Shown: positions 9,724-19,613 of the stretch, piece after piece | How the letters are laid out: every line of letters begins with the position of its first letter | How positions within the stretch are numbered: the stretch's first letter is position 1 | Origin: Patescibacteria group bacterium UBA924 | Lineage (GTDB): Bacteria; Patescibacteriota; Microgenomatia; UBA1400; PJMF01 | Direction: 5' to 3' | DNA: 64,000 bases | Assembly: GCA_002293725.1 (NCBI GenBank) | Contig: DBDU01000026.1 | Coordinates: 6,313-70,312, forward strand | Translations under genes and position numbers: made by a program | The notes under the pieces: generated by a model | Told to the model about the DNA's origin: nothing | What the model saw: the letters and a program-made list of their open reading frames with translations, nothing else | The model's database searches: none

Positions 9724-10926
9724 ATGAACCTAGCAAATACTTTTTCTATTGCCCTCAAAGCAATTCTGCTCAACAAGAAGCGGTCTTTTTTAACCATGCT
9801 TGGTGTGATCATTGGCGTGGGCTCAGTGGTGTTGTTAACCAGTTTGGGAACAGGCCTGCAGTCGTATGTTCAGGATCAGTTTGCCAGCCTTGGTTCTAAC
9901 ATCTTGTTCGTCACTCCTGGTGACCCATTTAGCGGTGGTCAGGAGACAAGCATTATCGAGAGCACCAAACCTACTTTGAAAGAACGTCAGTATAAGGAAA
10001 TCTTGCGAAAGCATCGCAATCTTTTTGTGGGTGGAACTACAACCGCAGTGAATACGTCTGAAGCTAAGTACGGCACCACAACCAAGAAAGCATTGCTCTA
10101 TGGTGTTACCCCAAGTTATGAAGAGATTCAAAACGCTCCTGCAGAAAAAGGAAAGTGGTTCGACAATATTGATGAAGAAAAAGGCAAACGAGTGGTCGTT
10201 TTAGGACCAGGAATTGCCAAAGAGCTTTTTGGTAACGTCGACCCAGTCAATAAACGGATTCTCTTGAATAGTCAGTCATATACTGTCTTAGGCGTCCTAG
10301 AAGAAAAAGGTGGTGGCTTTGGCGGACCCAGTTTTGACAACTACATCTACGTTCCTTTCACTACGTTAATGAATAACTTCAATACCCAGGTGATTGACTC
10401 TTTTATCTTTGAGGTTAAAGACCGAAGCCAAATTGAGCAGGCTAAAGCGGCTATTGAAGACGTACTGCTCGAAGATTTAAAAGAAGACGAGTTCACCGTT
10501 TTTGATCAGGCTGAACTACTTAAAACTATTAATGACGTGCTAGGTGTATTAACAGCTGGCTTAGGTGGTATCTCGGCTATCTCACTGGTAGTGGGAGGCA
10601 TTGGTATTTTAAATATCATGCTTGTGTCTGTCTCTGAACGCACTCGAGAAATTGGCCTGCGCAAAGCGCTGGGAGCCACTCCCAACGTCATCTTATTACA
10701 GTTCTTAATCGAAGCGGCACTGTTATCAGTCATTGGCGGCATGATTGGCGTCTTTATTGCCTTCCTAGGTACCATGGCCGTACAGAGCTTCTTCCCAGCT
10801 CGCATCTTGCCCGAATCTATCCTGATTGCATTTGGTGTTTCTACCGCCATCGGTATTATTTTCGGCGCTGCTCCAGCGCGAAATGCTGCCAAACTATCTC
10901 CTATCGAGGCACTCCGTTCGGAGTGA
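9724..10926 (+). CDS. ABC transporter permease (MacB/FtsX type)
   Basis: RSFLTMLGVIIGV, GGIGILNIMLVSVSERTREIGLRKALGA, PARNAAKLSPIEALR. Confidence 0.95.
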   Translation: MNLANTFSIALKAILLNKKRSFLTMLGVIIGVGSVVLLTSLGTGLQSYVQDQFASLGSNILFVTPGDPFSGGQETSIIESTKPTLKERQYKEILRKHRNLFVGGTTTAVNTSEAKYGTTTKKALLYGVTPSYEEIQNAPAEKGKWFDNIDEEKGKRVVVLGPGIAKELFGNVDPVNKRILLNSQSYTVLGVLEEKGGGFGGPSFDNYIYVPFTTLMNNFNTQVIDSFIFEVKDRSQIEQAKAAIEDVLLEDLKEDEFTVFDQAELLKTINDVLGVLTAGLGGISAISLVVGGIGILNIMLVSVSERTREIGLRKALGATPNVILLQFLIEAALLSVIGGMIGVFIAFLGTMAVQSFFPARILPESILIAFGVSTAIGIIFGAAPARNAAKLSPIEALRSE

Positions 10927-10938
10927 TATCCTATTCAT

Positions 10939-11313
10939 ATGGGATTGATCAAAAAACTGTTAATGCTTATCTTGCTTCTGGTTGTGATCGGGGCGGGAGC
11001 GGTATGGGGAGCCAAGTACATTCCTGAGGGACAGCTCAGTGGTGTTAAACATGCTGCTAATCAAGTGCAACCATTTATCTCTGCCAATATCCAACACGCA
11101 AACCTGGGAAATGTTGGCCAACTGACGAGACAACTGAGTTCAAACGTCCAGTCCGTAACAGGCAAAGTACTTGGAGTGCAAACATCAAACTCAGAAACTC
11201 AAACTGCTTCAGACTCTTCTCACAACACTGCCTCCCTGCCTCAAAAAACGTTTGAGCTTGCACGGTATAGCTACTGCAAAGAGGTTGTGAAAGAGTATGA
11301 GTCTCGACAGTAA
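10939..11313 (+). CDS. Hypothetical protein with N-terminal TM/signal
   Basis: Hydrophobic N-terminus. TG-A-TATCCT lies 6 nt before the ATG. Confidence 0.6.
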   Translation: MGLIKKLLMLILLLVVIGAGAVWGAKYIPEGQLSGVKHAANQVQPFISANIQHANLGNVGQLTRQLSSNVQSVTGKVLGVQTSNSETQTASDSSHNTASLPQKTFELARYSYCKEVVKEYESRQ

Positions 11314-12355
11314 AGCTGACCGTCATCTTCGCTTCAAGCATTTGTCCCGTTATTGGTTACTTCGCCTGTTTTTTGTTGCTTTTTCAGCGGGACTGTCACT
11401 TTTTGTCTTGGAGTATGGAGCGCGTTACCTGACTGAGAAAGAAATGCTGCAGTATTACAAGCCGCTCCAAAGTCAGATCGATCCAAAAACGGAAGACTGG
11501 CGCTGGACACACACCTTTAATGATGAAAACTTTGAACCTGATCCTGTGCTTTTCTGGACCCCCAGGTTGAACCACTTCCCGTTTGATAAGGATGGAACCG
11601 CACTCTCCGAGCAGTTTGTCTGTTATCAAACCGACAACGACCAACCGAAGATTCTTATCTATGGTGATTCAAATACCCAAGGACTAGCGACTAACTCTTG
11701 GGCTAATGAGCTTCAACTCTTACTCCTCAAATCCAAGAACTCAACCCATGTTTTGAACCGTGGTGTCGTTGGTTACTCTAGTTTCCAAGGTGTTGAACGC
11801 TTAAAACAAGACTTAAAAAAGTACAAGCCTAAAGTAATTGTCTTTGCTTTTGGATGGAATGACGTTGCTCCTTCCGTCAATGCAGCAGATCCTTTTTTCA
11901 AACCATATCCGGTGGTTGGGGGCAGTATCTTGGCTCGTTCCCGTGCGTACGCAGTAGGAGTCTACTACTCTAGTCTAATTTCCCAGCGCACGCAGAGAGC
12001 TCAAAAAGCGTCGTTGCCTCAATCACGCATGACTATAGATATGTATCTCAAAAAACTTAAAGAGATGTACGTTATTGCCAAACAACACGGTGCCGAACCT
12101 ATCATCATCAGTAGACCGTATAACGATGCTGACGGTACTTTTGCGGGATCCGGAAACTGGCGCGAGCAAGTTCCTTATTACAACTCCCAACTCCGCGCAC
12201 TGATGCAGAATGACGCTGCCCATTTTGTTGATTTTGAAAGTTACTTCAAGGATAAAACAGCCATGTTTATTGATGAGAGCCACTTTGATCCAAGGGGACA
12301 TCGATTGGCGGGAATGCTACTTTTTGAGCACTTGTTACAGTACGAACAACTGTAG
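11297..12355 (+). CDS. SGNH/GDSL-family hydrolase, membrane-anchored
   Basis: Blocks YGDSNT, NRGVVGYSS, FGWND, DESH; N-terminal TM. Confidence 0.85.
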   Translation: MSLDSKADRHLRFKHLSRYWLLRLFFVAFSAGLSLFVLEYGARYLTEKEMLQYYKPLQSQIDPKTEDWRWTHTFNDENFEPDPVLFWTPRLNHFPFDKDGTALSEQFVCYQTDNDQPKILIYGDSNTQGLATNSWANELQLLLLKSKNSTHVLNRGVVGYSSFQGVERLKQDLKKYKPKVIVFAFGWNDVAPSVNAADPFFKPYPVVGGSILARSRAYAVGVYYSSLISQRTQRAQKASLPQSRMTIDMYLKKLKEMYVIAKQHGAEPIIISRPYNDADGTFAGSGNWREQVPYYNSQLRALMQNDAAHFVDFESYFKDKTAMFIDESHFDPRGHRLAGMLLFEHLLQYEQL

Positions 12356-12356
12356 T

Positions 12357-14693
12357 TTATAGCTTAGCCCGAACCTTCATCTCAGCTTCGATCTCATCTC
12401 TGTCACGTCCATACTTCAAACGAGAAAGTTGTTTAATCATCTCGGCCAGTCGAGGATTCATCCGTGCTTTTACTGCATCCATGTCTTTCAAGAGTGACAT
12501 GCTAAATGGTGGCACCGGCTCGTTTTTGACGATAGTCTTAATGTAGACGTGGAACTTCTCAACATTGGCTAAGTCATGATCATTAAAGATTGGCGAAAAC
12601 TCGTGCTGGAGGAAGCTGGCATCAGGAACACCGACGCGGAAAGTAACAATCGTACCAACGTTACCAAAGACTGCGTTCTTGACGTCTTCATCGATCTGAC
12701 TAATGAACTGGTTTGCCACGATTAAGTTCAGACGATACTTACGAGCCTCAGACAAGATAACGGCAAAGTCTTCTGTAGCATAGTTCTGGAACTCATCCAC
12801 GTAGAGATAAAAGTCTTTACGCTTATCCATGGCCATGTTCTGTCTACTCATCGCAGCCGTCAAAACTTTTGGCACCAAGATGAGACCTAAGAACTTAGCA
12901 TCCTCTTCTCCCAAGATGCCTTTTGAAAGATTCGCTAAGAAAATCTTTTGATCATCCATGATCTGACGCATGTTAAAGGCACTTTCAGACTGGCCGATGA
13001 TGTTACGCATCGTCTTGTTGGTAATAAACTTACCAAACTTAGAGACGATGTAGTCCAGCACTTCAGATTTATGGAAGTCTGCAGTTTGAGCGATTTGGTC
13101 CGTCCAGTATCGACGAACGATCGGATCTTTAACATACGGCAACATTTCTTCTACGTACTTAGGATCAGTCAGGATCCGCACCAGCTCAATGAACGTTGAG
13201 CCCTTTTTCTGCATGATCGTTAACATAGCGTTCCGAATAGCATGCTCAAAGCGTGGTCCGATAATACCCGTTTTGTGAGGGTCGTAGAGCTTGTACATCA
13301 AACTAATAATTGAGTTCACCACAAAGTGCTGCTGCTCTTCGTTATCCACTTCCATCATGTTCATACCCATCGGTCGTTCCAGATCTGAAGGATTAAAGTA
13401 GACCACGTCTTCAGCGCGTTCAGGTGGCATTAATTGGAGGAGGTCTTCCACGAACTCTCCATGCGGATCGATTGCACAAACACCTCGACCTGCTTCAATG
13501 TCCTGCAAGATCATCTCTTTCAAGAACTCTGATTTTCCAGTACCCGTCTTTCCAATAATGTACATGTGACGACGTCTATCATCTTGTGACATAAAGATCT
13601 GTCGTTCTTGACCTCGATAGACTGACTTGCCCAACATCAGTCCCTCATTAGGAATTTCTGAAGGTGCTGGCGCCGTTTTGGCGTTCAACCAACGGATATG
13701 ATGTGTCTCCACAGTCTTATTGGGGAAGTGAAAGATCGTCGCCAACTCTTCTGAGTTTAAGATCATCGTTCCCCGATGAAAAATAGGTAAGTAGCGATAA
13801 ATAAAGTCGATCATGAACAGGTGCTTAAAGAAAATAGTCATGCGCTGGAAGTTATTTACCGATGAACTAAACTGGGCAAAAGCACCAACGATGTTATTCA
13901 AGTGAGACTGTGCCGAGTACTCTTGTGGAGATGAAACAACAATCCGCAAACTGACTTTGAAGCCTGGTTTACTAATCTTGCTATCGATACTCTCCATCTT
14001 TTTAGGATCGTGTTGATAGGTCGCTTTATCAGGATCTGCTTCGCGTTTCTTTTCCGACTGCATGTACGAGTAGCCTTGATTCTGCCACTGCCTGCTCTCG
14101 GGCTGCATTAGGAGTTGGATAATGGCACCCTCACCATCGCCCATCTTAGACATTGCTGACGTAATCAATGAAAGGCCGTCAGTGGGAAGGTCTTTATAAG
14201 TCTTAATTGGAAAGTAACTGGCTTTTTCTAGGTTAACAGTGGCAAAAGCAACTCGTCCTTTTTCAGAGAAGATGTTCACTTCATCTTGCTCTTGAATGTC
14301 TGCTCCAGGATACGCACCGTGTATCTGCTTTTCTACTAAGTCACGAATTTTTTTCGGACAGCTGACATAAAAAGAGATGTCTTCTTTCATCGCTACAATT
14401 TCAAAAGAGAACATGTCCTCTACTTCTAAGAAACTAAAGAAGCCTGTTTTTTTGAGTGAGTAGAGCGAAGCAAACATCTGTTCAGCAGCATCTATCTTGA
14501 TCTCATTTTCTTTGGGCAACCTTACCAATAACGTCACGAAATCCAGGGCATATTTTTCTCTATTTCGATAGCGAAACCACTGAAACAGCATGTACAGAAA
14601 AATACCGACAAAAACCAGACAGATAATGGCGATTACCAAGCCGGTGAAGAAAGCTGCCAACTGAGCCAGAAAGATATCAAATTGTTCGTACAT
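12357..14693 (-). CDS. VirD4/TraG/TrwB-like type IV coupling ATPase with long N-terminal region
   Basis: RRHMYIIGKTGTGKS (Walker A), IDPHGE, YVDEFQNY (Walker B), SEARKYRLNLIVANQFISQ; one N-terminal TM. Confidence 0.85.
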   Translation of the reverse strand: MYEQFDIFLAQLAAFFTGLVIAIICLVFVGIFLYMLFQWFRYRNREKYALDFVTLLVRLPKENEIKIDAAEQMFASLYSLKKTGFFSFLEVEDMFSFEIVAMKEDISFYVSCPKKIRDLVEKQIHGAYPGADIQEQDEVNIFSEKGRVAFATVNLEKASYFPIKTYKDLPTDGLSLITSAMSKMGDGEGAIIQLLMQPESRQWQNQGYSYMQSEKKREADPDKATYQHDPKKMESIDSKISKPGFKVSLRIVVSSPQEYSAQSHLNNIVGAFAQFSSSVNNFQRMTIFFKHLFMIDFIYRYLPIFHRGTMILNSEELATIFHFPNKTVETHHIRWLNAKTAPAPSEIPNEGLMLGKSVYRGQERQIFMSQDDRRRHMYIIGKTGTGKSEFLKEMILQDIEAGRGVCAIDPHGEFVEDLLQLMPPERAEDVVYFNPSDLERPMGMNMMEVDNEEQQHFVVNSIISLMYKLYDPHKTGIIGPRFEHAIRNAMLTIMQKKGSTFIELVRILTDPKYVEEMLPYVKDPIVRRYWTDQIAQTADFHKSEVLDYIVSKFGKFITNKTMRNIIGQSESAFNMRQIMDDQKIFLANLSKGILGEEDAKFLGLILVPKVLTAAMSRQNMAMDKRKDFYLYVDEFQNYATEDFAVILSEARKYRLNLIVANQFISQIDEDVKNAVFGNVGTIVTFRVGVPDASFLQHEFSPIFNDHDLANVEKFHVYIKTIVKNEPVPPFSMSLLKDMDAVKARMNPRLAEMIKQLSRLKYGRDRDEIEAEMKVRAKL

Positions 14694-14721
14694 ACATTTT
14701 TAAGATCATTACTATTCTAGT

Positions 14722-15465
14722 CTATTGAGCAGGCTCATCCCTATATACTACCTTGCCCGAAAAAGACTTCATCATCTTCCAACTCCACTCAATCAACCAC
14801 CTAATACTATAGGTGGTGGGCTTATTTTTCCCTTCATCTTCCACTTGGGGTGTAATGGGTAGAACCACAACAGGTTGCGCCATTACTCTAGGCAAAACTT
14901 GTCCTGATTGAGGATCAGAGATGACGATTTCTTGAGGAATTTGATCTACATTATCTTCAACATTTTTTAAGAACCCCTCAACTTCGGGCGGAAGCTCATG
15001 ACTTTTTTCGGTCTCTACATACTGAACGCCCCCAGCTTGATCCACAGCGGGATGTTCTACAGTAACACTCAAGAGCGGCGCTTCTTTCGCTATGCCACCA
15101 CCTACGGCGTTGGGCGGATTGAGGGTATCCGTCATTGAGTCTACTGCTGTTGGAACCGCTGCGGCTACCACTTCAGGGACATCAGGTGTAACTGGCTCCT
15201 CTACGACGGGCAACGTTTCTTCTGTAGGCTGAGGAATTTGCGTATCAGCATGCATTTCTTCGGCAAGCTGATCAAGCTCAATTGGTTCTCCTTCAGGGAC
15301 TACGGGAGCTATGGGCTCTTCGGTGGGAGGAACCACTGGCTCTGGAGGGACAGCCGTAGGGCTCATCGCATTAGCTGTAGAGGCAGATAAGTTGCCTTTA
15401 AGACGTTGCAGTAACGTTGACCGTGGAGGTGTTCCAACCGCCTGGGCGGATGACTGAGCAGACAT
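14722..15465 (-). CDS. Pro/acidic-rich hypothetical protein
   Basis: 247-aa ORF in an operon-like run; disordered with a structured C-terminal WLIEWSWK segment; TG-G-TAACAT 6 nt upstream of the start. Confidence 0.65.
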   Translation of the reverse strand: MSAQSSAQAVGTPPRSTLLQRLKGNLSASTANAMSPTAVPPEPVVPPTEEPIAPVVPEGEPIELDQLAEEMHADTQIPQPTEETLPVVEEPVTPDVPEVVAAAVPTAVDSMTDTLNPPNAVGGGIAKEAPLLSVTVEHPAVDQAGGVQYVETEKSHELPPEVEGFLKNVEDNVDQIPQEIVISDPQSGQVLPRVMAQPVVVLPITPQVEDEGKNKPTTYSIRWLIEWSWKMMKSFSGKVVYRDEPAQ

Positions 15466-15485
15466 CCTCTCATGTTACCACTAAA

Positions 15486-16826
15486 CTAGGGTAGCTCCAA
15501 GGCATCTCCAACCTGTAACTGCCACTTTTTAGCACTCCCAGCGGGAACCTCTAAAACCCAATCTACTTCTGTGGGTGACGAGTATCTGGGTAGGTTACGT
15601 TCATTACTATCTTGAGGGTGAGGAATATCGGTGGTTATTCCGACAACCTTGCCCTGTTTTAGCCAAATCATATCCAGATCAAAATGCATTCTTAGCATCC
15701 AAAACACGCGCGTGCCTGCTTCAGGAAAAACGAACAGCATGCCGTCACTCCCAATCTCTGATCGATCACTTAATCCTTGTTGAATGCTTTGAGGAGTATT
15801 AACTACTTCCAGATTCAGTATCAATGGCTCGGTAGTAGCACTTCTTCTGACGAGTGCTGAGTGGGTACTATGGTCAGCTACCTGAAGGAGTTTGTGGGCA
15901 TTACTGAGTGGATTCGGAGTTGCGTAAGGATCCTCAGGTTTAGATAGCTGGCAACCACTTACACTTACCACTCCTAAACAAAACATCGCTAATAAGCCTA
16001 GTACTTTGGGGGTGGGTGTCGAAGATAGCTTCTGTTTGAGAAGCGCTAAGAACAAGCTCGCAACAGCTACCCCCCCAATGGCAAACAAAATGACCTGATT
16101 CAATCCCAAAGAACTTTCCCACCAGTTGGCTTTCTCCAATCGCAAAAACTCTAAGCCGCCACGAAATAGTCCATAAAAAGCCAAGTAACTTAGTGTGAAG
16201 TACCCTTGTCCAATCTTCCACACCCGTTGTTGGCGCAACCACCACAGGCAGCCAGCAAAAATAAGCATTCCAACTGCCTCATAGGCAAACAACGGATGAA
16301 AGTACCCATGCTGTTCATAGCCCGCAATTCGATGCTCAGGCTCGATATAAATTCCCCATGGTAAATCTGTGGGAGGACCGTACAACTCTTGGTTCACATA
16401 GTTGCCTACCCGTCCGATCGCTTGGGAAATGGGCACGCACAGTGCGGCAATGTCACTAAAAATAAAAAGTTTTTTTTCTAGCTTATCTCCAGAAGGTTGA
16501 ACTTTTTTTTGTGTTTCAAAGGCTAAAGTAAAACAGAGTGCTATAGCACCACCCAGTAGAGCTCCTAAGATAGAAAGTCCCCCATTCCAAATGAAAAGCA
16601 CCTGTTCCAAGTTGTATTGATATAAAGGCCAATCAGTCCAAACATGGTAGATGCGGGCACCGACAAAGCCACCCACCAGTGTGACGAGAAGCAGACGCCA
16701 AAAAAGAGCTTCTTCTTGCTGCTCGCTTTTGATTAACCACTCGGCAAGTAGTACTCCCACTACCATAGCCAGACCAAGAATAAAGCCATAGGCATGAAGC
16801 TGAAGACCAAAAAGCTGAGTGCTCAT
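15486..16826 (-). CDS. lgt: Prolipoprotein diacylglyceryl transferase fused to a C-terminal DUF192 domain
   Basis: AYG, GARIYHV, IWNGGLS, QAIGRVGNYVNQELYG, HPLFAYE, FRGGLEFLR; then LEVVNTP..QGLSDR..GMLFVF..FWM..MHFDLDMIW..VLEVPAG (DUF192). Likely start MSTQLFG at 16826 after AAGGA. Confidence 0.85.
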   Translation of the reverse strand: MSTQLFGLQLHAYGFILGLAMVVGVLLAEWLIKSEQQEEALFWRLLLVTLVGGFVGARIYHVWTDWPLYQYNLEQVLFIWNGGLSILGALLGGAIALCFTLAFETQKKVQPSGDKLEKKLFIFSDIAALCVPISQAIGRVGNYVNQELYGPPTDLPWGIYIEPEHRIAGYEQHGYFHPLFAYEAVGMLIFAGCLWWLRQQRVWKIGQGYFTLSYLAFYGLFRGGLEFLRLEKANWWESSLGLNQVILFAIGGVAVASLFLALLKQKLSSTPTPKVLGLLAMFCLGVVSVSGCQLSKPEDPYATPNPLSNAHKLLQVADHSTHSALVRRSATTEPLILNLEVVNTPQSIQQGLSDRSEIGSDGMLFVFPEAGTRVFWMLRMHFDLDMIWLKQGKVVGITTDIPHPQDSNERNLPRYSSPTEVDWVLEVPAGSAKKWQLQVGDALELP

Positions 16827-16833
16827 GTCATCC

Positions 16834-17361
16834 TTAGATAACAACCAAAAGAGAAAGAACGATAAAAAATACGGTCCATCCCACGACAAAAGCTCGGATT
16901 TCTCGGGCTGTAAAACTTCGCTTTACTTGCCAAAAGTACTGCTTTGTAAAACGTTCCGTGTCACGACTGTATCTCCAAAAATCGTAGGTGTAGTGCAGAC
17001 CAAGCCCCAGCATCATTCCAATACCAAAGACGCTTCCAGTTGAAGTGAGCACGAACAGTGTTAAGAGAACGTAGACAATCAAGAAAAGCGCCGAACGCGT
17101 GAGCAGTTTTTCTTGTAAACTTTCCGCTTGAGTAAGAGCCTTGATAGCACCAAGGTAATTCCCCTTTTGCCAATATGCCCGCACCAGTTGATTAAACTCA
17201 GTATCTGGATAGAGATAAAATGCGTGGATAAAACGATCTAAAAATAAAAGTTGAAAACCAAATACTACGCCAATCACAAAAAAAACAAACTGTAACAGTG
17301 AAGGAAAACTAAAAAAGAAGATGGCACTGTATACAAATGGCAGAAAGATATGCCCAATCAT
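16834..17361 (-). CDS. Multi-pass membrane hypothetical protein
   Basis: About 5 hydrophobic segments; TATAAT 6 nt upstream of the ATG. Confidence 0.7.
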   Translation of the reverse strand: MIGHIFLPFVYSAIFFFSFPSLLQFVFFVIGVVFGFQLLFLDRFIHAFYLYPDTEFNQLVRAYWQKGNYLGAIKALTQAESLQEKLLTRSALFLIVYVLLTLFVLTSTGSVFGIGMMLGLGLHYTYDFWRYSRDTERFTKQYFWQVKRSFTAREIRAFVVGWTVFFIVLSLLVVI

Positions 17362-17393
17362 ATCTTGATTATACCCGCCTAGGAGATTGACGA

Positions 17394-18686
17394 CTATATG
17401 CCAGACAGCTCAAACCAGTGGTTATACTTGGCTTGCCAAACTGTTTGTAAGGCTTGATCTACCTTCTGTTTAAAAAGTGGATTGCGTTGATAACGATCGG
17501 CAAGTTCGGTGACTAAGTTATCAGTCGTTTCGGGAGGAACAGTTCGTCCTAAAACAACTACGTTATGACCAGCCTCGATGGCTTGTACCGCCAAGGTTGG
17601 TAAGCTCTGCGGCGAAACTGTTGCTGAAGAGGAGGCCTGCCCTTGCGCACCAGCCATTTCTAAGCCATCAGTGAAAATCAAGTGTGGTGCTTGGAGTTGG
17701 AGTAAGTTGACACACTCTGCCGAGATAGTGCAAGGAGCAGTAGGCTCACCTTCTGCGTCTTCCAAGATGACATGAGTGGTCATAACTCCAGCACTAGGAT
17801 ACGTATTAAGCAAACCACTAAAGATTCTTAGTTCAGATGTGTTTAAAGGGATAACTTGGGTTCTGAGATGGAGATCGACCGTGGTCTGGCCAATTCCTGG
17901 ATAGTGTTTTAAGACTGGAATAACTCCCTGAGCTGCCATCGAGTTCAACCAGTACTCTCCATACGTTTTAACAACCGCAGGATCATCACTACAAAGACGT
18001 GACTTCAAAATTGGATGATCAACACCTAGATCAACCACAGGAGCAAAGACAATATCTACACCAACGCCACGCAGCTCTTTACCTAAGCGATCTAACAAAG
18101 ACTTGAGTGAGTTGCGATCCAACCCACACTGTTCTTCAGCTGAAGGGAGCGTGGTTAACCCTTCACCCCGCAGACGTTGAACAGTACCACCCTCATGATC
18201 AACAGCAATCATTGACTGTAGAAGTTTTTTCTCTTGATCATTCAAGTTAGGTAGCAACTCAGTCATCCGCGGCTGCATCGGTAACTGCTTAATGGTGGTG
18301 GTTAACCTATCGGCTTCAAGAGCTGAGATGTTCGTGCCAAATAGTGTTACAAATCCCGGAATCTCGTTCTGAATTAATCCAGCAGTACTAGCTACTTTCT
18401 CCAACTCTTCATCGTTGGTGGCAACTACTGGAACAGCCAGGAGCTGAGCAACTTTTTGACGAGGTGTTAAATCTTGCAGGAGTTGAGCAGAGACAGTTGC
18501 AATTGATCCGGCCGCTACTGGCTCTGGGCTAGGAGCCGGTTGAAGCTGACCAATAGTATTGGTACTTTGTTCTGCTATTTTTAATAACTGTGGAAAGTAG
18601 GTAGGAATCACAAAGTAGCGAAGCGTCCCCACCCCTACAGCCATTAAGGCAAGCAACAGAATGAAAACGAGTGTTCTAGGCTTCAT
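17394..18686 (-). CDS. nagZ: Glycoside hydrolase family 3 beta-N-acetylhexosaminidase (NagZ-like), N-terminally anchored
   Basis: AVDHEGGTVQRL, FAPVVD, KHYPGIG..VDLH, FTDGLEMAGA; N-terminal TM. Confidence 0.8.
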   Translation of the reverse strand: MKPRTLVFILLLALMAVGVGTLRYFVIPTYFPQLLKIAEQSTNTIGQLQPAPSPEPVAAGSIATVSAQLLQDLTPRQKVAQLLAVPVVATNDEELEKVASTAGLIQNEIPGFVTLFGTNISALEADRLTTTIKQLPMQPRMTELLPNLNDQEKKLLQSMIAVDHEGGTVQRLRGEGLTTLPSAEEQCGLDRNSLKSLLDRLGKELRGVGVDIVFAPVVDLGVDHPILKSRLCSDDPAVVKTYGEYWLNSMAAQGVIPVLKHYPGIGQTTVDLHLRTQVIPLNTSELRIFSGLLNTYPSAGVMTTHVILEDAEGEPTAPCTISAECVNLLQLQAPHLIFTDGLEMAGAQGQASSSATVSPQSLPTLAVQAIEAGHNVVVLGRTVPPETTDNLVTELADRYQRNPLFKQKVDQALQTVWQAKYNHWFELSGI

Positions 18687-19009
18687 TTTGATGTTTCCTC
18701 TTTACGAAGCTGTTGCAGCTTCCACATAAACAACTTCGCTTTACTCTTAGCTGTTGCTGCATCAGCCACAAACGAAAGCGCTCTTTCTAGAATGGCGCGG
18801 TTCTCTTTCTTGGCAAGCCTCATGTAAAGGCTCTTGTGCTTCATGTCATCCAGTTCAAGCGCAAGGCGATATCCGAAGTCTTGAAACTCTTGCGTAATAT
18901 AGCCACCTTTATCATCAAGTTGATAGTCTTGAAAAAGGTTTTGCATCGAAGTAAATGCCGCTTTTTTGGGACGTGCACTCTTCGACTGAGTCGTAGCATC
19001 ATTTTTCAT
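18683..19009 (-). CDS. Small basic hypothetical protein
   Basis: ATGA overlaps with both the pth stop and the nagZ start (translational coupling). Confidence 0.7.
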   Translation of the reverse strand: MKNDATTQSKSARPKKAAFTSMQNLFQDYQLDDKGGYITQEFQDFGYRLALELDDMKHKSLYMRLAKKENRAILERALSFVADAATAKSKAKLFMWKLQQLRKEETSK

Positions 19010-19590
19010 CGTAGTCGCTGTTGTAGTAGTGTACACGCAGCATCAATAGCTGTTCCTACCTGGGACACTTCCTCCCCTAAAAAAGGAGTTAGGACGTAAT
19101 CACGACCAGCTAAGGTACGGACGCCATTGCGTCCATCAACTCCAATTCGAACGTGTAAAAAAAGGTCACTCCCCAGGTGTTGTCTGATCGAGTTTACTCC
19201 ATTGTGCACCTTGGGACCTTTCCCAAACTGTACCTTTAACTGCCCCACAGGGATATCTAAATCGTCATAGATTACTATCAATGCAGGTTGATCAGCAGTA
19301 CCAGCAGGTTTTCCAGCTTTCAACGCAGCAACTAAATCTTTATCAAAGTAATCAAGTACTCCCAAAACAGCCTTTCCTGAATCATTCATGTAAGTCGTTG
19401 ATTCGGCTAAAAAGATCTCGCCAGTCCGATAGAACAGCGAGTGTGTTTTATGATGTTCTTTAGCTACTTGAGGGAAAATTTGACCAGTAAGGAGAGTGGT
19501 CAGCGCATTAATAACCTGATACCCCACGTTATGCCGGGTACGTTGGTACTCTTCGCCTGGATTACCGAGTCCAAAAACAAACTGCTTCAT
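19006..19590 (-). CDS. pth: Peptidyl-tRNA hydrolase
   Basis: GLGNPGEEYQRTRHNVG, TYMNDSG, YDDLDIP, HNGVNSI, RIGVD. Confidence 0.95.
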   Translation of the reverse strand: MKQFVFGLGNPGEEYQRTRHNVGYQVINALTTLLTGQIFPQVAKEHHKTHSLFYRTGEIFLAESTTYMNDSGKAVLGVLDYFDKDLVAALKAGKPAGTADQPALIVIYDDLDIPVGQLKVQFGKGPKVHNGVNSIRQHLGSDLFLHVRIGVDGRNGVRTLAGRDYVLTPFLGEEVSQVGTAIDAACTLLQQRLR

Positions 19591-19596
19591 ACAGGC

Positions 19597-19604
19597 ATTA
19601 TAAT
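19597..19604. promoter_or_regulatory. Palindromic bidirectional -10 element (ATTATAAT) between divergent pth and GT2 genes
   Basis: TATAAT occurs on both strands within a 23-nt intergenic gap. Confidence 0.6.
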
Positions 19605-19613
19605 GGCTGATCA

